From Okamejei kenojei (taxonomy: Eukaryota): 64,000 nucleotides of DNA. The first letter of the stretch is position 1; every line of letters starts with the position of its first letter. The stretch is taken from the NCBI GenBank assembly GCA_035221665.1, contig CM069168.1, positions 9,114,001 through 9,178,000 on the forward strand, given 5' to 3'. The position numbers were made by a program, and so were the translations under genes. The notes below the pieces were generated by a model. That model did no database searches. It saw only the letters and a program-made list of their open reading frames with translations, and was not told where the DNA came from. Below, one piece after another: positions 12,001 through 25,157 of this stretch.

Positions 12001-13045
12001 CTCGCCTTCAAACCACAACAAGGGCTGCGGCCGTTTGGGCTTCATCCACAATTCCGAAAAAGAGCCGCTGGTGAGTGCAGACAGAGGGATCTACAGGCGC
12101 AGCCGTCAACATCACCTTCTTGTGAAGGAACCACGTCCTGCTGTCTCGTATCCTGATGCGACGCTTCCGATCTACACATCTACTCACGGACTTTCTCCTC
12201 TCTCATGACGTGCAGCTGCAGACCAACCATTGATTGTGACTCCAGCTCCCTCACCACCACATAGTGCTGCGCTCGCCTGCCTCGCGGTGTTTGTCCCCGG
12301 GTCCCCAGTGCTCCCGCCGCACGGTGAAGCGAGGAGATGCGGATCAGTTCCGATGCGCGCGGGATGGGTTTGCAGGACGCCCCTTAGATACGGGGACTTT
12401 GTTTGAATCATGTGTACTTCCCCATATGCGCTATTAGCGTTTCGGTTACATTACTAATCAGTCAGCACCTAGTAACGTACATCTACATACATATCACTTT
12501 ATTCTAGATGTGTTTCACTTTATATTCTCACAAGAAAGATGTAGTTTTGTTACTTTATCTACTAACTAATGTGGTGCTTTATTACTTAAAGCCACACCTA
12601 CTACCACGCCATTCATATTATCGCAACCCGACATGCGCTGTCAGTCAGTACTGCATTATAGGAGTAACATGCTGAAGTGTTTTGTATACGTTTGTTAATA
12701 AATATTGTTATATCAGATCTGTGAGTATGCGTGATTTACTCAACGAGCTCTTAGCCTGTTCCGAATCTCCTCCCGCTTACCTCAATGTTATTTTCGACTT
12801 GTTCCCGGAGCCGCGCTCCCATCGTTGTTGCCACGGATCGCTCTTATGATCTCTGCCGGCCATGCTGGATCAGTGAATAGAGTGTCCACAAACAAAATTG
12901 GCTTACGCTAAAATATGCTGTTTACGATCGGAGAGTGTTAGTGCTGATGTGTTAGTCTGAAAGATATGAAAAATAAACGTACTAGTTTAAAAACGCACGA
13001 TCTCCGCTGAGCTGCCACGACGGCAACTGGACCAGGCCGCGCCAT
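9047..13045 (-). mobile_element. Rex1/Babar-like LINE 5' fragment split by the Gypsy insertion
   Basis: 12746-13045 joins 9047-9138 to read ..RNRLRAQAYRPPLPSILLANVQSLEN (start of APE domain). Confidence 0.7.
9139..12745 (+). mobile_element. Ty3/Gypsy LTR retrotransposon, degenerate
   Basis: LTRs 9139-9346 and 12540-12745; TSD AGCTC; PBS TGGTGTCAGACGTGG (tRNA-Leu-like) at 9347; gag, protease (IDTxA), RT (MPFGI, IVDD) and RNase H remnants. Confidence 0.93.
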
Positions 13046-13049
13046 CAGT

Positions 13050-14170
13050 TAAGGCGCAAGAAGTACCTTTTGTACAACTCACCCTTACCTCAAAACATTT
13101 TCCAGTGGTCTAAGAATCTACATCCCTGCCTCCTGCACCAGCTCCTCAGCCACACATTCTGATCCCCTGTTCCCGCCCTCACCAGCACGGAGAACTGGAA
13201 GCAAACCAGACATAACCACCCTGGAGGTCCTGATTTTCAGCCATCTTCTGCGCTTTCTGAAGTCTAGTTCGCTGCAGAATATCTTTCCTCATTTCCCGCC
13301 GTCATTTGTGCCGACATACACTACCATTTCCGGCTGCTCACTTTCCCCCTTGATGATGCTTTGTAATCGGTCCATGACGACCTGGATCTTGGCACCAAGG
13401 AGGCACACACCACAATTAAATCCCGCCTGTTTTCGCAGAAACGCCTGCCTGCACCTCTCACGATGGCCCCCGACTACCACGGCTCTGCCTGACGTCTGGC
13501 ACTTCGGCTTTGCTTCAGCGCTACGTTTTGACTCGCAGACCTGTCCCCCCCGCTCAGAATGGCAGTGTCTTCTGGTCCGACAGCTTCCAAAAGGGTGAAT
13601 CTGTGTTCAAGAGGTACATCCCCCGGGGTCTCATATACTCCCCTGCTTCCTTCCCTTCCTCATCGACACCCACCTTCTCTCTTCCGGTACCTTCGGTGTA
13701 ACGGTCTCGCTGTATGTCCTGTCCAGCAAAATCCCTCTTTTTGCCGGATGTCCCTGAGGTCATCCAGTTGCCTCTCCAGTGCGGTCCTTCAGGAGCTGAA
13801 CCAGGACACTTCCACCATTGTAGCAGCCAGAAGTACCAGCAGTGTCCAGATCCTCCTACATCGTGCAAGCATCGCACTGAATCAGTGTACCTGTCATTTC
13901 TTCACTGCGTCTCAGCCTCCTCGATGAAGACTCTCGAACCAAAGACTCGTACTTTTCTCACTAGACTCACGATCCAGAGACTCGCACTTTTCTCACAAGG
14001 TACTTCCCTCGACAAGGTTGCTCCCCGACAGGCCGCTCCCCTAGAGCAAGCCTTGCTTATATTAGCTGATAAATAGACCAATTCGCGAACTTACTGTGTT
14101 TTGGTAATTATATTCCTCAGCCAATACCCTCACTCACTCTTTCACCTGCCGCTCCTCTACCGACTTTAAC
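13050..14170 (-). mobile_element. CR1 5' region / ORF1 (SGNH esterase-like) remnant
   Basis: LxGAKIQ..DRL..GE.EQPE.VV.VGTND; copies at 29520-30630 and 53695-54200. Confidence 0.75.
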
Positions 14171-14344
14171 TAACCTGCGCGTGGTCCCTAACCCCCAAAC
14201 CTGTACTATCCTTGTACCTATCTAACTGTTTCTTAAAATGTGGGATTGTCCCAGCCTCAACTACCTCTTCTGGCAGCTTGTTCCACACTCCCGCCACCTT
14301 TTGTGTGAAGAAGTTACCCCTCGCTGAAGGCTCTGGCACCCATG

Positions 14345-15595
14345 GTGCTGAGTCTAAATGTGGGGACAGTTAAAATTGCATGGATAACAATGCACAATGC
14401 TCTTGAACATAATGTGATAAGTGATAAAAGTACCAAGGTGCATCATATTGGACCGATGTCATCAAACAAGAAATAATGAGTGTGATGGTTTGGTTGTGGA
14501 TTTACTCATTATAATAACTGCAAGCTTTCGATTGATGTAAAACCTAATGCTTCTTTTGCTAGTGTTGAATATAAATGGGAACATATTAGGTTGCTGCCTC
14601 TGCTAAGTGGCATTGAACGTGTGGTCTGAAATGTACTCTACGTTGGCATAATATTGTAAAACGGAGTTTTACGAGATAGATCACTATCCGGCTCAAGAAA
14701 TTAATGGTACCGTCGGTGGGAAAATCGTTAACAGTAAGCTACATTGTCGTACGGAATGAGTCGGACGAGATATTAAGATTTGTCGCAAACAAACAAACCA
14801 ATACCACACCTCCATGCTGATTGGAAGACACTGACTAAGGAGGGTGAAATGGTTATACATGACTGGCCTGACAGCACTAAGCCTATTCGGATGCATGGCA
14901 GAGAAGCAGAGGACATATTGAGAAAATGGACTTGGTGGGAAAGAGCCTGGAACTGGGGACTGGATACTAACGTGCACCCTTTCAGTAGTTTTTGTACAGA
15001 TATTGATAGTGATTAATTTGTTCTTATTTTGATTTCACAGGAGGATATACGATAAGTTGAAAACCCTGATCTTAATGAGGCAGGTGGGACGAGGGGATAA
15101 CAGACAACAATTAGTTTCAGTAGGTGTATTAGTGGGTGCTGTTTAATATGGATTAATTGGATGTGGCCAATTGCCAAGAGGGGGAAATGTAGAGAAGTTT
15201 GAGCATTATAAGGAAGATGAGTAGGTTATAGTTAGGGTAACCCTGGAGCTCACTTACTGGAGCATGATGGGAAAATAGCCAAGATAGAACGAAGTTAAAA
15301 TAGCTAAAAATGAATAATTCTGCTGAGGAGCGGGCATTCTTATCAGTCGGGGTTGATAGCCCTATGTAGTACTGTCTACATTCTTATCCGTTGCAATTTT
15401 GCATTAGAGCTGCTCTTGGTCACTGTGTTTAGCAGGCAAGTATCCCAAAGTTTAACACACTACTTATTTGACGAGCGGACTCAATCAGGACATTTATGGT
15501 AAATACATGTTAGATATATGGGTGGGAGATTTCTAAACAACAAGAAACGTAAGCTTAAAATTAGCTTTGGGGAAAGACAAAGATGAAAGGTTACA
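14345..15595 (+). mobile_element. ERV 3' remnant: env C-terminus, PPT and probable 3' LTR (copy 1)
   Basis: WWERAWNWG before a hydrophobic segment; AAGAGGGGGAAA PPT then TGTAGA (15188) ... GGTTACA (15595). Confidence 0.65.
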
Positions 15596-15609
15596 GAGAC
15601 ATTAACAAA

Positions 15610-15698
15610 TATTGGAATTGGTGGAGAGGTTGCATATTGCGTTGGGGGACCAACCCTCCCGTGTGAACATGGGACCGAACGGGTCCCACTTAGTCTAG
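15610..15698 (+). mobile_element. Helitron-like 3' terminus
   Basis: Hairpin TGGGACC-GAACG-GGTCCCA followed by CTTAGTCTAG|T; inverted copy 27512-27600. Confidence 0.6.
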
Positions 15699-16019
15699 TT
15701 TATACTAAAACTAGCAAAAACTACAATCTCCGCGTTAGAGTGTTCTTTCACCAGCTGGTACATTTTTGCTGTGTTGTGACCGGCGAAATGTTTCGCTGAT
15801 GAACCATTAGTCCACTGGAGTGATGTATTTCTATGGAAAACCGAAATATTCCGGTTCAAGTTAATTAATCTGACACCAGATTTCCAGTTCTGAGTTATAT
15901 TATATTCTGCAGATATCACCAAGTGTGTTGCAGCGATCATAGATCCAGTGGTTTCGAATATAATTCCACCAATGCAACATCACAACTGCAACAGGTAGCA
16001 CATTTCCACACTTTCCAAA

Positions 16020-16385
16020 CGTCAAGCCAAGTCAATTCACTTTTATTTATAGAGCACATTAAAAAAAAAACTCTCGTTGGCCAAAGTGCTTCACATTGGT
16101 ACAAGAATAGTATAACAACCAACAGTGGTTCATAGATTAAATACAAACATCACTACATACATATAGCCCTCGCTCAGAGGACGTCAACAAAGGCAAAGGG
16201 AGTAGAGATGAGTTTTAAGTCTCGACTTAAAGGAGTCGATGGAGGATGCAGTTTTGATGGGAAAAGGAATGTTGTTCCACAGTCAAGGAGCTGCAACCGC
16301 AAAGGCGCGGTCGCCCCTGAGCTTCTGCCTAGACCGGCGGGATGTTCAATAACCCCAAGTCGGCCGATCTTGGGGTTATTGAACA
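16020..16385 (-). mobile_element. L2-like LINE 3' fragment
   Basis: TTTATTTATAGAGCACATT..GCCAAAGTGCTTCAC-type 3' end; absent from the homologous flank near 27100-27195. Confidence 0.55.
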
Positions 16386-16447
16386 TTTCTGAATTATTAT
16401 TCAAACATTATTTGAAATTTCATCCAAGTTGCTATCAGAGTTACACG

Positions 16448-17330
16448 TCAACTCCATAATCGGCCATTCAATGTGAGTAGATGTTTCACTCCACTCTTCA
16501 GCTGATCCCTGAACCTCCTCTGTGTCAGTGTATAAATACACGTGTTTGTGCACATGCTGAGAATCTGCAACATAAATCCAAACTGCTGCAGGATGTATAC
16601 CGGGTTGCTCAAATATCTATCGAAGTAAAATAAATTACGTGCTTGCCATGCCAGAGAATGAACCACATAGGGTATCCAAAATAATATGAAATTGCCCGAT
16701 ACAGCGAAGAGCAAAATCGTCGATTTTCTCCGGTTCTCCACCTCTGTATCCTTCTGGTTCTCATGGCTGTTCCGAAGTCGTCTGCGAACTCTATTGGCCG
16801 CTATGATATGTCTGACAGTTAACCCATTGAACAACAGGATTAAACCGATCGGCAACACCAGTGCTAAGATGCTGTCAAGTAACTCTACACCTTTCCACAC
16901 CGACAAAGTGGCGTACTCCTCTGTGAAGACGCAACGCCAAGGCAAATTGTCAATTATAACTAAAGGCCCCAGGGCAAAGTAGAAGGGAATGGACCGGGCG
17001 CAGCTGACGGCAGCTACAGTCACCATAACCACACACGCTGCTCTCTCGCTGCTGTAGCGCTCACGTAGCTTTTGACAACAGATTGCCATAAAACGATCTC
17101 AAGTGAAACTGACGGTGAACCAAACGGAACAGTCCATTGTTACAACCCTTAGTACTAGTGTCAGAGCGCAAACCGGAGTAATGAGCAAGGAACTAGCGTA
17201 AACGTATATGTTATTAACTTGTTCAATTGCAGCAACAATGACAACCACCATTAGATCCGCTGTTGCCATTCCCACTAGGTAACGGGTGATGCATTTGGAG
17301 AGACCACATTTTCCCCGTGAGAGGAATTAA
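16448..17330 (-). pseudogene. GPR139-like GPCR copy 1 (exon 2 only), pseudogene
   Basis: 16-bp deletion just after the acceptor (883 vs 899 nt); TGC>TGA at 17099-17101; promoter and exon 1 deleted at ~19680. Confidence 0.92.
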
Positions 17331-17504
17331 CTGCAAGATACAAAATAAAACGTTAGTTCCAATGAGCAAAAACCTCATCTAGTTTACTAAATGTGCGTTC
17401 ATAGAAATACTTAGAGCGATGCTGAACGAAGAGGCAGATGTGTCGGTAATTTGCAACAATTTACCGTCGGCCTCCTAACGTCTACGACGTACTGATCACC
17501 TCAG

Positions 17505-19012
17505 TCGATAGACAATAGACAATAGATAAAAGGTGCAGGAGTAGGCCTTTCCGTCCTTCGAGCCAAGACCGCCATTCGATGAGATCATGGCTGATCATCC
17601 CCAATCTGTACCACGTTTCTGCCTTCTCCCCATATCTCCTGACTCCACTATTTTTAAAAGCCCTATCTAGCTCTCCCTTGAAAGCACCCAGAGAACCTGC
17701 CTCCACCTGAGGCAGAGAAATCCACGGACTCACCACTCTTTTTGAGAAAAAGTGTTTCCTCGTCTCCGTTCTAAATGGCTTACTCCTTATTCTTAAACTC
17801 TGGCCCCTGGTTCTGGACTCCACCAACATCCGGAACATTTTTCCTGCCTCTAGCATGTCCAAACCCTTCACAATCTCATATGTTCAAATGAAGTAACCTC
17901 TCATCCTTCTAAACACCAGAGTGTACCAGCATATGACTGTGCCGCCATCCCGGGAATTAACCTTGTAAACCTATGCTGCACTTCCTCAATAGCAAGAATG
18001 TCCTTCCTCAAATTACGGGACCAAAACTGCACACAATACTCCATGTGTGGTCTCACTAGGGCTCTGTACAATTGCAGAAGTACCTATTTCCTCCTATATT
18101 CGATTCATCGTGTTATAAAGGCCAACATGCCATTCGCTTTCTTCATTGCCTGATGTAACAGCATGCTTACTTTCATAGACTGATGAACAAGTACCCCCAG
18201 ATCCCGTTACACTTCCCCTTTTCCCAACTTGACGCCATTTAGAGAGTATCTGCCTTCCTGTTTCTGCTACTAAAGTGGATAACCTCACATTTATCCGCAT
18301 TAAACTTCATCTGCCATGCATCTGCCCTCTCCCCCAACCTGTCCAAGTCACCCTGCACACTCATAGCATCCTCCTCACAGTGCACACTACCACCCAGCTT
18401 TGAGTCATCTGCAAATTTGCAAATGTAACTTTGAATCCCTTCATCCAAATCATTGATATATATTGTAAATAGCTGCGGTCCCAGCTCCGAGCCTTGCGGT
18501 ACTGCCTGCCATTCTGAAAGGGGCCCGTTAATCCCTACTCTTTGTTTACTGTCTGCCAACCACTTCTCTATCCATGTCAGCACACTACCCCCAATAACAT
18601 GTGCCCTAATTTTGCACACTACTCTCCTATGTGGGATCTTATCAAATGATTTCAGAAAGTCCAGGTACACTACATCCACTGGCTCTCCCTTTTCCATTTT
18701 CCTAGTTACATCTTCTCAAAATTCCAGAAGATTAGTCAAGCATAATTGCCCCTTCGTAAATCCATGCAGACTCGGATCGATCATGTTACTTATATCCAAA
18801 TAGTCGGCTATCTCATCTTTTATAATTGACTCCAGCATCTTCCCCACCACCGATGTCAGGCTAACTGGTCTACAATTCCCTGGTTTCTCTCTCCGCCATT
18901 CTTAAAAAGTGGGATAATATTAGCTACACTCCAATCCACTGGAACTGATCGTGAGTCTATAGAACATTGGAAAATTATCACCAATGGATCCACGATTTTT
19001 AGAGCCACTTCC
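17505..19012 (-). mobile_element. CR1 LINE 3' portion in GPCR copy 1 intron
   Basis: RT remnants (VVYLDF, VPQGS, KFADD); (ATAGACA)n tail at 17507. Confidence 0.9.
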
Positions 19013-19529
19013 ACTCATTTCGAGTCGTTGCGTCAATCGAAATGAACTTGTATCAGAGAGCATTAGACTCGGGGAGAACTGCTTCCTCAGGCATATCAGA
19101 CGCAGCAGCCATAAAATCAAAACTGGCAAATGAATCAGAGAACGAAAATCCGGAAGGCTTTCTAGCTACTTGTGATAATTCAACAGCCATGTTGACAGAC
19201 GTGTATACATTTCCCATTCGCTGACTCTTGGTGGAAAGGTCTGTACTAATCAGGCTCAGAGCTTGAATAATATGCGCCCGAACAAATTTGAATGCGGTTA
19301 CATGCTTAAGAAATGTAAGCATTAGCTCTAAATTAACTGGCGTGATTGACAAAAGAACCACACACCAATAAGAACAAAATACCAGAAATAAAACAGTCGC
19401 TGAAGCCAGAACCTTCCGAAGACACTCGTCAGCTGAAGTAGCATCTGGGTTGGGTATTCTTCAGAGCAGTAGGTACAGCGACTATTCTTCAGAGCAGTAG
19501 GTACAGAAAGGAAGGAGAACGGCACTGCA

Positions 19530-19680
19530 GGGCAGCACGGTGCGCAGCTTTAGATGTGCTGCCTGACAGCGCCAACCACCCAGGTTTGATCCTGCGGGAG
19601 TTTGTACATTCTCCCCCTGATCTTCTTGGGTTTTCTCCGGTTTCCGCCCACACTCCAAAGATGCACAGGTTTGTAGGCTA
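19530..19680 (+). mobile_element. V-SINE (HE1-like) fragment
   Basis: GGAGTTTGTACATTCTCCCC core; inverted copies at 25270-25535 and 44395-44500. Confidence 0.65.
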
Positions 19681-20049
19681 TTTCTATGACACGAGGTTAG
19701 AGTTTCTTAAATGTAATTATTCCTGCGAACAATATTATTTCTAATCGGCACAATGAACTTCAAATATGTAACATTAATAACATTAGGTGCACAATGTGAT
19801 TTAGTCAAATCAATCAAAAAGGATCTTAGTTTGGGGAGTAACGTTGGACATACGTCTTCCTTTAAAGGGACGATTCACGCCACCATCTTGCCACTCGGAA
19901 GCTATTATTGGTAGGATCAAAAGTCACCGACGATGCTGATTAACTAATGGATGCATTTCCTGACTTCCAATGATATCAACACATCGAGGCAGATATTGGA
20001 AACACTTGTGAGGAATACGGAGCGGCTGTTAAACGAAATCACTTAGAGA

Positions 20050-21140
20050 GTTTAGCTCTCAAAAAGGGAAATATGTTGAATTCAGGGAACCACAGGCCAG
20101 TGAACTTAACATCGGCTGTTGCAAAGTTGCTAGAGAGAATTCTGATGGATAGGTTACACAGGATAGGAAATATTCATATTTGAAGATGTGACCAAAGAGG
20201 TTGACGAGGGCAGAGCTGCAGATGTTGTATACAGTGTATTTGGACTTCAGCAAAGCATTTCACAAGGTTCCACATGATAAGCTGCTGTGGAAGGTTAGAC
20301 CGCATGGGATTCAAGGAGAGTTAACCGGATGTATGGAAGGAAGCAGAGGGTAATGGTGGAAGGTTGTTTCTCGGACTGGAGGCCTGTGGTGTGCCTCAGA
20401 GTTCGATGCTTGGCCCATTACTGTTTCGCATGTATATAAATTACAGTATGAGGATGTACATGGCAAGATTAGAAAGTATGCAGAGGATATAAATGTGGGT
20501 TGGATTGCAGATAGCGAAGATGGATGTCGAACATTGCAGCGGGGTCATGATCGATTAGGAATGGTGGATGGAGATTAATACACAGAAATGTGAGATGTTA
20601 CAGTTAGGAAAGTCTTACATGTCCAGGACCTACTCAGGGCTCTGCAGAGTGTTATAGAGCAGAGGGATCTGGGAATGCAGGTACACAGATGTTGGGATGC
20701 CATGTTGCAGTTATGCAGGACATGGATAACTCCGCGTTTAGACGTGTTTAGTTCTGGGCACCATTTGATGGGGAATATGATTTTGGAAAGCGTACAGGAA
20801 AGCTTTGCGAGGATGTTCCCAGGGTGCGAGGGTCTGAACTGAAGGAAGCGGTTAAGCTGGCTGGGACTATATTCCTTGAAACGCAGGAAGATGAGGTATG
20901 AATGTTCCATACACCAATTGCGTGAAAAAGCTACCTCGCAGATTCCCATTATATCGTCCCCATTCACCTCAACCGTCTATTGATTATCGATTCCCCTACT
21001 CAGGGATGTAAACTCTGTGCATCCACCGGATTTATTCCTATTAAATGACTTTAAACACATCTGTAAGATCAGACATGCTCTAGAACACTCTGCAGAGCCC
21101 TGAGTTGGTCCTGGCCATGTAAGACTTTCCTAAATGTAAC
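20050..21140. mobile_element. Old CR1 fragments in both orientations at the palindrome centre
   Basis: CR1 RT remnants on + (20050-20900), 3'-end remnant on - (20900-21070); 20597-20661 is inverted at 21076-21140. Confidence 0.6.
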
Positions 21141-21344
21141 AACAAACTCTCCACGTGATTAGAAAGGAACAGCCGCTCCGTATTCCTCACAAGTGTTTCC
21201 AATATCTGCTTGGATGTGTTGATATCAATGGAAGTCAGGAAACGCATCCATTAAGTTAATTAGCATCGTCGGTGACTTTTGATCCTACGAATAGTAACTT
21301 CCATGTGGCAAGATGCTGGCGTGACTCATTCATTTAAAGGGGAA

Positions 21345-24300
21345 GTGGCTACAGGGAAAATTACAAACGATTCTCGAATTAATGGGAAGGAAAGCTTGAG
21401 AATGGACAACAGAGTAAGGTCAGGGCCAATTGCGAGTGGGGAATTGAATACGGAGGCAAAGTACTGAATATGAATGCCTGAAGTATAAGGAATAACGTGG
21501 ACGAGCTGAAGCTCAGTTAGATGCTGGCAAGTATGATGTTGCTGGAATTACCGAGACATGGCTGCAAGAGAGTCAGGGCTGGGGACTGAATATTCAAGGG
21601 TGTACCTCATATCGAAAAGACAGACAGGTTGGCAGAGGGGGTGGGGTTGGCCTGTTGGTGAGGAATGAAATTCAGTCCCTTGCAAGTTGAATCAGGAGTT
21701 AAAATTGGCATGTAGCAAAGGTAATGCAGTGGTTGTTATGGGAGATTTCAATATGCAGGTAGACTGGGAAAATCAGGTTGGTACTGGACCTCAAGAAAGG
21801 GACTTCATAGAGTGCCTTCGTAATGGATTCTTTGAACAGTTTGTATTGGAGCCTACCAGGGTGAAAGCAATTCTGGATTTAGTGGTATGTAATGAACCGG
21901 ATTTGATAAAGGACCTCGAGGTTACTGAGCCATTAGGAGGCAGTGACCATAACATGGTCAGGTTTCATCTACAATTGGAGAGGGAGAAGAGTAGATCGGA
22001 GGTGTCCGTGTTGCAGTTGAATAAAGGGGACTATGAGGTCATAAGGGAGGAGCTGCCCAAAGTTGACTGGACAGATACACTAGCAGGGATGACAGTGGAA
22101 CAAAAATGGGAGGTGTTAATAGGAATAATAGGTGCAGGATCAGTTCATTCCTAGGAGGAAGAAAGATTCCAAGGGGAGAAAGGGACAACAATGGCTGACA
22201 AGGGACGTCAGGGACAGTATAAACATTAAAGCGAAGATGCACAATGTAGCAAAGATGTGCGGGAAGCAACACGATTGGGTAATGTTTAAAGAACAACAGA
22301 AGATAACCAAAAATACAATACGGGGAGAAAAGATGAGGTACGAAGGTAAGCTAGCCAATAATATAAAGCAGGATAGTAAAAGCTTGTTTAGGTTTGTGAA
22401 GAGTAGAAACATAGAAACATAGAAATTAGGTGCAGGAGTAGGCCATTCAGCCCTTCGAGCCTGCACCGCCATTCAATATGATCATGGCTGATCATCCAAC
22501 TCAGTATCCCGTACATGCCTTCTCTCCATACCCTCTGATCCCCTTAGCCACAAGGGCCACATCCAACTCACTCTTAAATATAGCCAATAAACTGGCCTCA
22601 ACTACCCTCTGTGGCAGAGAGTTCCAGAGACTCACCACTCTCTGTGTGAAAAAGTCTTTCTCATCTCGGTCTTAAAGGATTTCCCCCTTATCCTTAAGCT
22701 GTGACCCCTTGTCCTGGACTTCCCCAACATCGGGAACAATCTTCCTGCATCTAGCCTGTCCAACCCCTTAAGAATTTGTAAGTTTCTATAAGATCCCCTC
22801 TTAATCTCCTAAATTCCAGAGAGTATAAACCGAGTCTATCCAGTCTTTCTTCATAAGACAGTCCTGACATCCCAGGAATCAGTCTGGTATCTGTGGTTTC
22901 CTCATCAGTGAAGAGGAAAAAAATAGTTAAGACCAAAGTTGAACCTTGAAGACCGAAAAGGGTGAATTTATTATGGGGAACAAGGAAATGGCAGATGAAT
23001 TGAACAGGTACTTTGGATCTCTTTTCACTAAGGAGGAGACAAACAATCGTCCTGATATAGTAGTGGCTAGAGGGTCTGGGGTGACAGAGGAACTGAAGGA
23101 AATCCACATTAGACAGGAAATGGTGTTGGATAGACTGATGGGATTGAAGGCTGATAAATCCCCAGGGCCTGATAGTCTGCATCCCAGGGTAATTAAGGAA
23201 GTGGTTCTAGAAATCGTGGATGCATTGGTGATAATTTTCCAATGGTCTCTAGACTCGGGATCAGTTCCTGTGGATTGGATGGTAGCTAAAGTTATCCCAC
23301 TTTTTAAGAAAGGCGAGAGAGAGAAAACAGGGAATTATAGACCAGTTAGCCTGACATCGGTGGTGGGGAAGATGCTGGAGTCAATTATAAAAGATAAGAT
23401 AGCCGCACATTTGGATAGCAGTAACAGGATCGGTCCCAGTCAGCATGGATATACAAAGTGGAAATCATGCTTGACTAATGTTCTGGAATTTTGAGAAGAT
23501 GTAACTTGGAAAATGGACTAGGGAAAGCCAGTGGATGTAGTGTACCTGCACTTTCAGAAAGCATTGGATAAGGTCCCACATAGGAGATTAGTGGACAAAA
23601 TTAGGGCACATGGTATTGGGGGTAGAGAGCTGACATGGATAGGGAAGTGGTTGGCAGACAGGAAACAAAGAGTAGGGATAAACAGGTCCCTTTCAGAAAT
23701 GCATGCAGTGACTAGTGGGGTACAGCAAGGCTCAGTGCTGGGACTGCAGCTATTTACAATATACATCAATGATTTGGATGAAGGGATTCAAAGTAACATT
23801 AGCAAATTTGCAGATGACACAAAGCTGGGTGGCAGTGCGAACTGTGAGGAGGATGCTATGAGAATGCAGGTTGACTTGGGCAGGTTGGGGGAGTGGGCAG
23901 ATGCATGGCAGATGAAGTTTAATGCGGATAAATGTGAGGTTATCCACTTTGGTAGCAAAAACAGGAAAGCAGATTACTATCTAAATGGCATCAATTTGGG
24001 GAAAGGGGAAGTACAACGGGATCTGGGGGTCCTTGTACATCAGTCTATCAAAGTAAGCATGCAGGTACAGCAGGCAGTGAAGAAAGCAAATGGCATGTTG
24101 GCCTTTTTACAAGAAGAATCGAATATAGGAGCAAAGAGGTCCTTCTGCAGTTGTACAGGGCGCTAGTGAGACCACACCTGGAGTATTGCGTGCAGTTGTG
24201 GTCCCCTAATTTGAGGAAGGACATTCTTGCTATTGAGGGAGTGCAGCGTAGGTTTACAAGGTTAATTCCCGGGATGGCGGCACTGTCATATGCTGAGAAA

Positions 24301-24710
24301 ATGGAGCAGTTGGGCTTGTACACACTGGAGTTCAGATGGATGAGAAGGGATCTTATAAGATCCCTTCTCATATAAGATTGTTAAGGGCTTGGACACGCTA
24401 GAGGCAGGAAACATGTTCCCGACGTTGGGCGAGTCCAGAACCAGGGGCCACAGTTTAAGAATAAGGAGTAAGCCATTTAGAACGGAGACGAGGAAACACA
24501 TTTTCTCGCGGAGAGTGGCCACTCTGTGGAAATCTCTGCCTCAGAGGGCGTTGGAGGCAGGTTATCTGGATGCTTTCAAGAAGAGCTAGATAGGGCTCTT
24601 AAAAATAGAGGAGTCAGGGGATATGGGGAGAAGGCAGGAACGGGGTACTGATTGGGGATGATGCCAAATGACCTACTCCTGAACTTATTGTCTCTTGTCT
24701 ATTGTCTATA
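21345..24710 (+). mobile_element. CR1 LINE with near full-length, disrupted ORF2 (APE + RT)
   Basis: ITETWL, MGDFN, GSDH, NYRPVSLTS, KFADD; (CTATTGT)n tail. Confidence 0.93.
22404..22907 (-). mobile_element. Younger CR1 3' fragment nested in the CR1
   Basis: (ATAGAAAC)n tail; TSD GTGAAGAG at 22396-22403 and 22908-22915. Confidence 0.85.
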
Positions 24711-24970
24711 AGACGTACGTCTAACGTTACTTCCCAAACTAAGATCCTTATTGCTTGATTTGACTAAATCACACTTTGCGTCTAATGTTATTGATGTTAC
24801 ATATTTGAAGTTCATTGTTCAGGTTATAAATAATATTGTTCGCAGGAATAATTATATTTAAGAAACTCTAACCTCGTGTCATAGAAATAGAGTTTGCAAC
24901 ATTCCCTTTTATAAAATGTGACAAAAATATTATAATTAACAGTTCGTGTAATCCCTTGAGGACAGAAATT

Positions 24971-25081
24971 CCTTGCGCAATGAGAAAAAACCCAATTACG
25001 GTTGATGTTTGTTCAGTGGCTGTGGCTGATGTGCCAGAGGTCACGCCAATTGTCGCAGAGGAATGTCCTCTTTTGTATAAA
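24971..25081 (+). promoter_or_regulatory. Putative GPCR proximal promoter (copy 2)
   Basis: TTGCGCAAT (C/EBP-like), AGGTCA half-site, CCAAT at 25046, TATAAA at 25076, about 80 nt before the ATG; mostly conserved in copy 3. Confidence 0.5.
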
Positions 25082-25157
25082 TGTGTGCTAAATCAATCAC
25101 CAGTACATATGGACAGTTGGAAAGTTGTGTGCGATTGTTCGCTGCTTCACATGGAAA

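Larger units (their letters stand above)
4677..19860 (+). repeat. Left outer arm of large inverted segmental duplication (partner ~43850-60281)
   Basis: Same ordered blocks in reverse complement: MSMB exon 3, MITE, Gypsy-in-Rex, CR1 ORF1, env remnant, GPCR. Confidence 0.9.

Noticed and set aside
16686-16982. Conserved antisense ORF (also 46771-47067)
   Set aside because: Shadow of the GPCR coding strand
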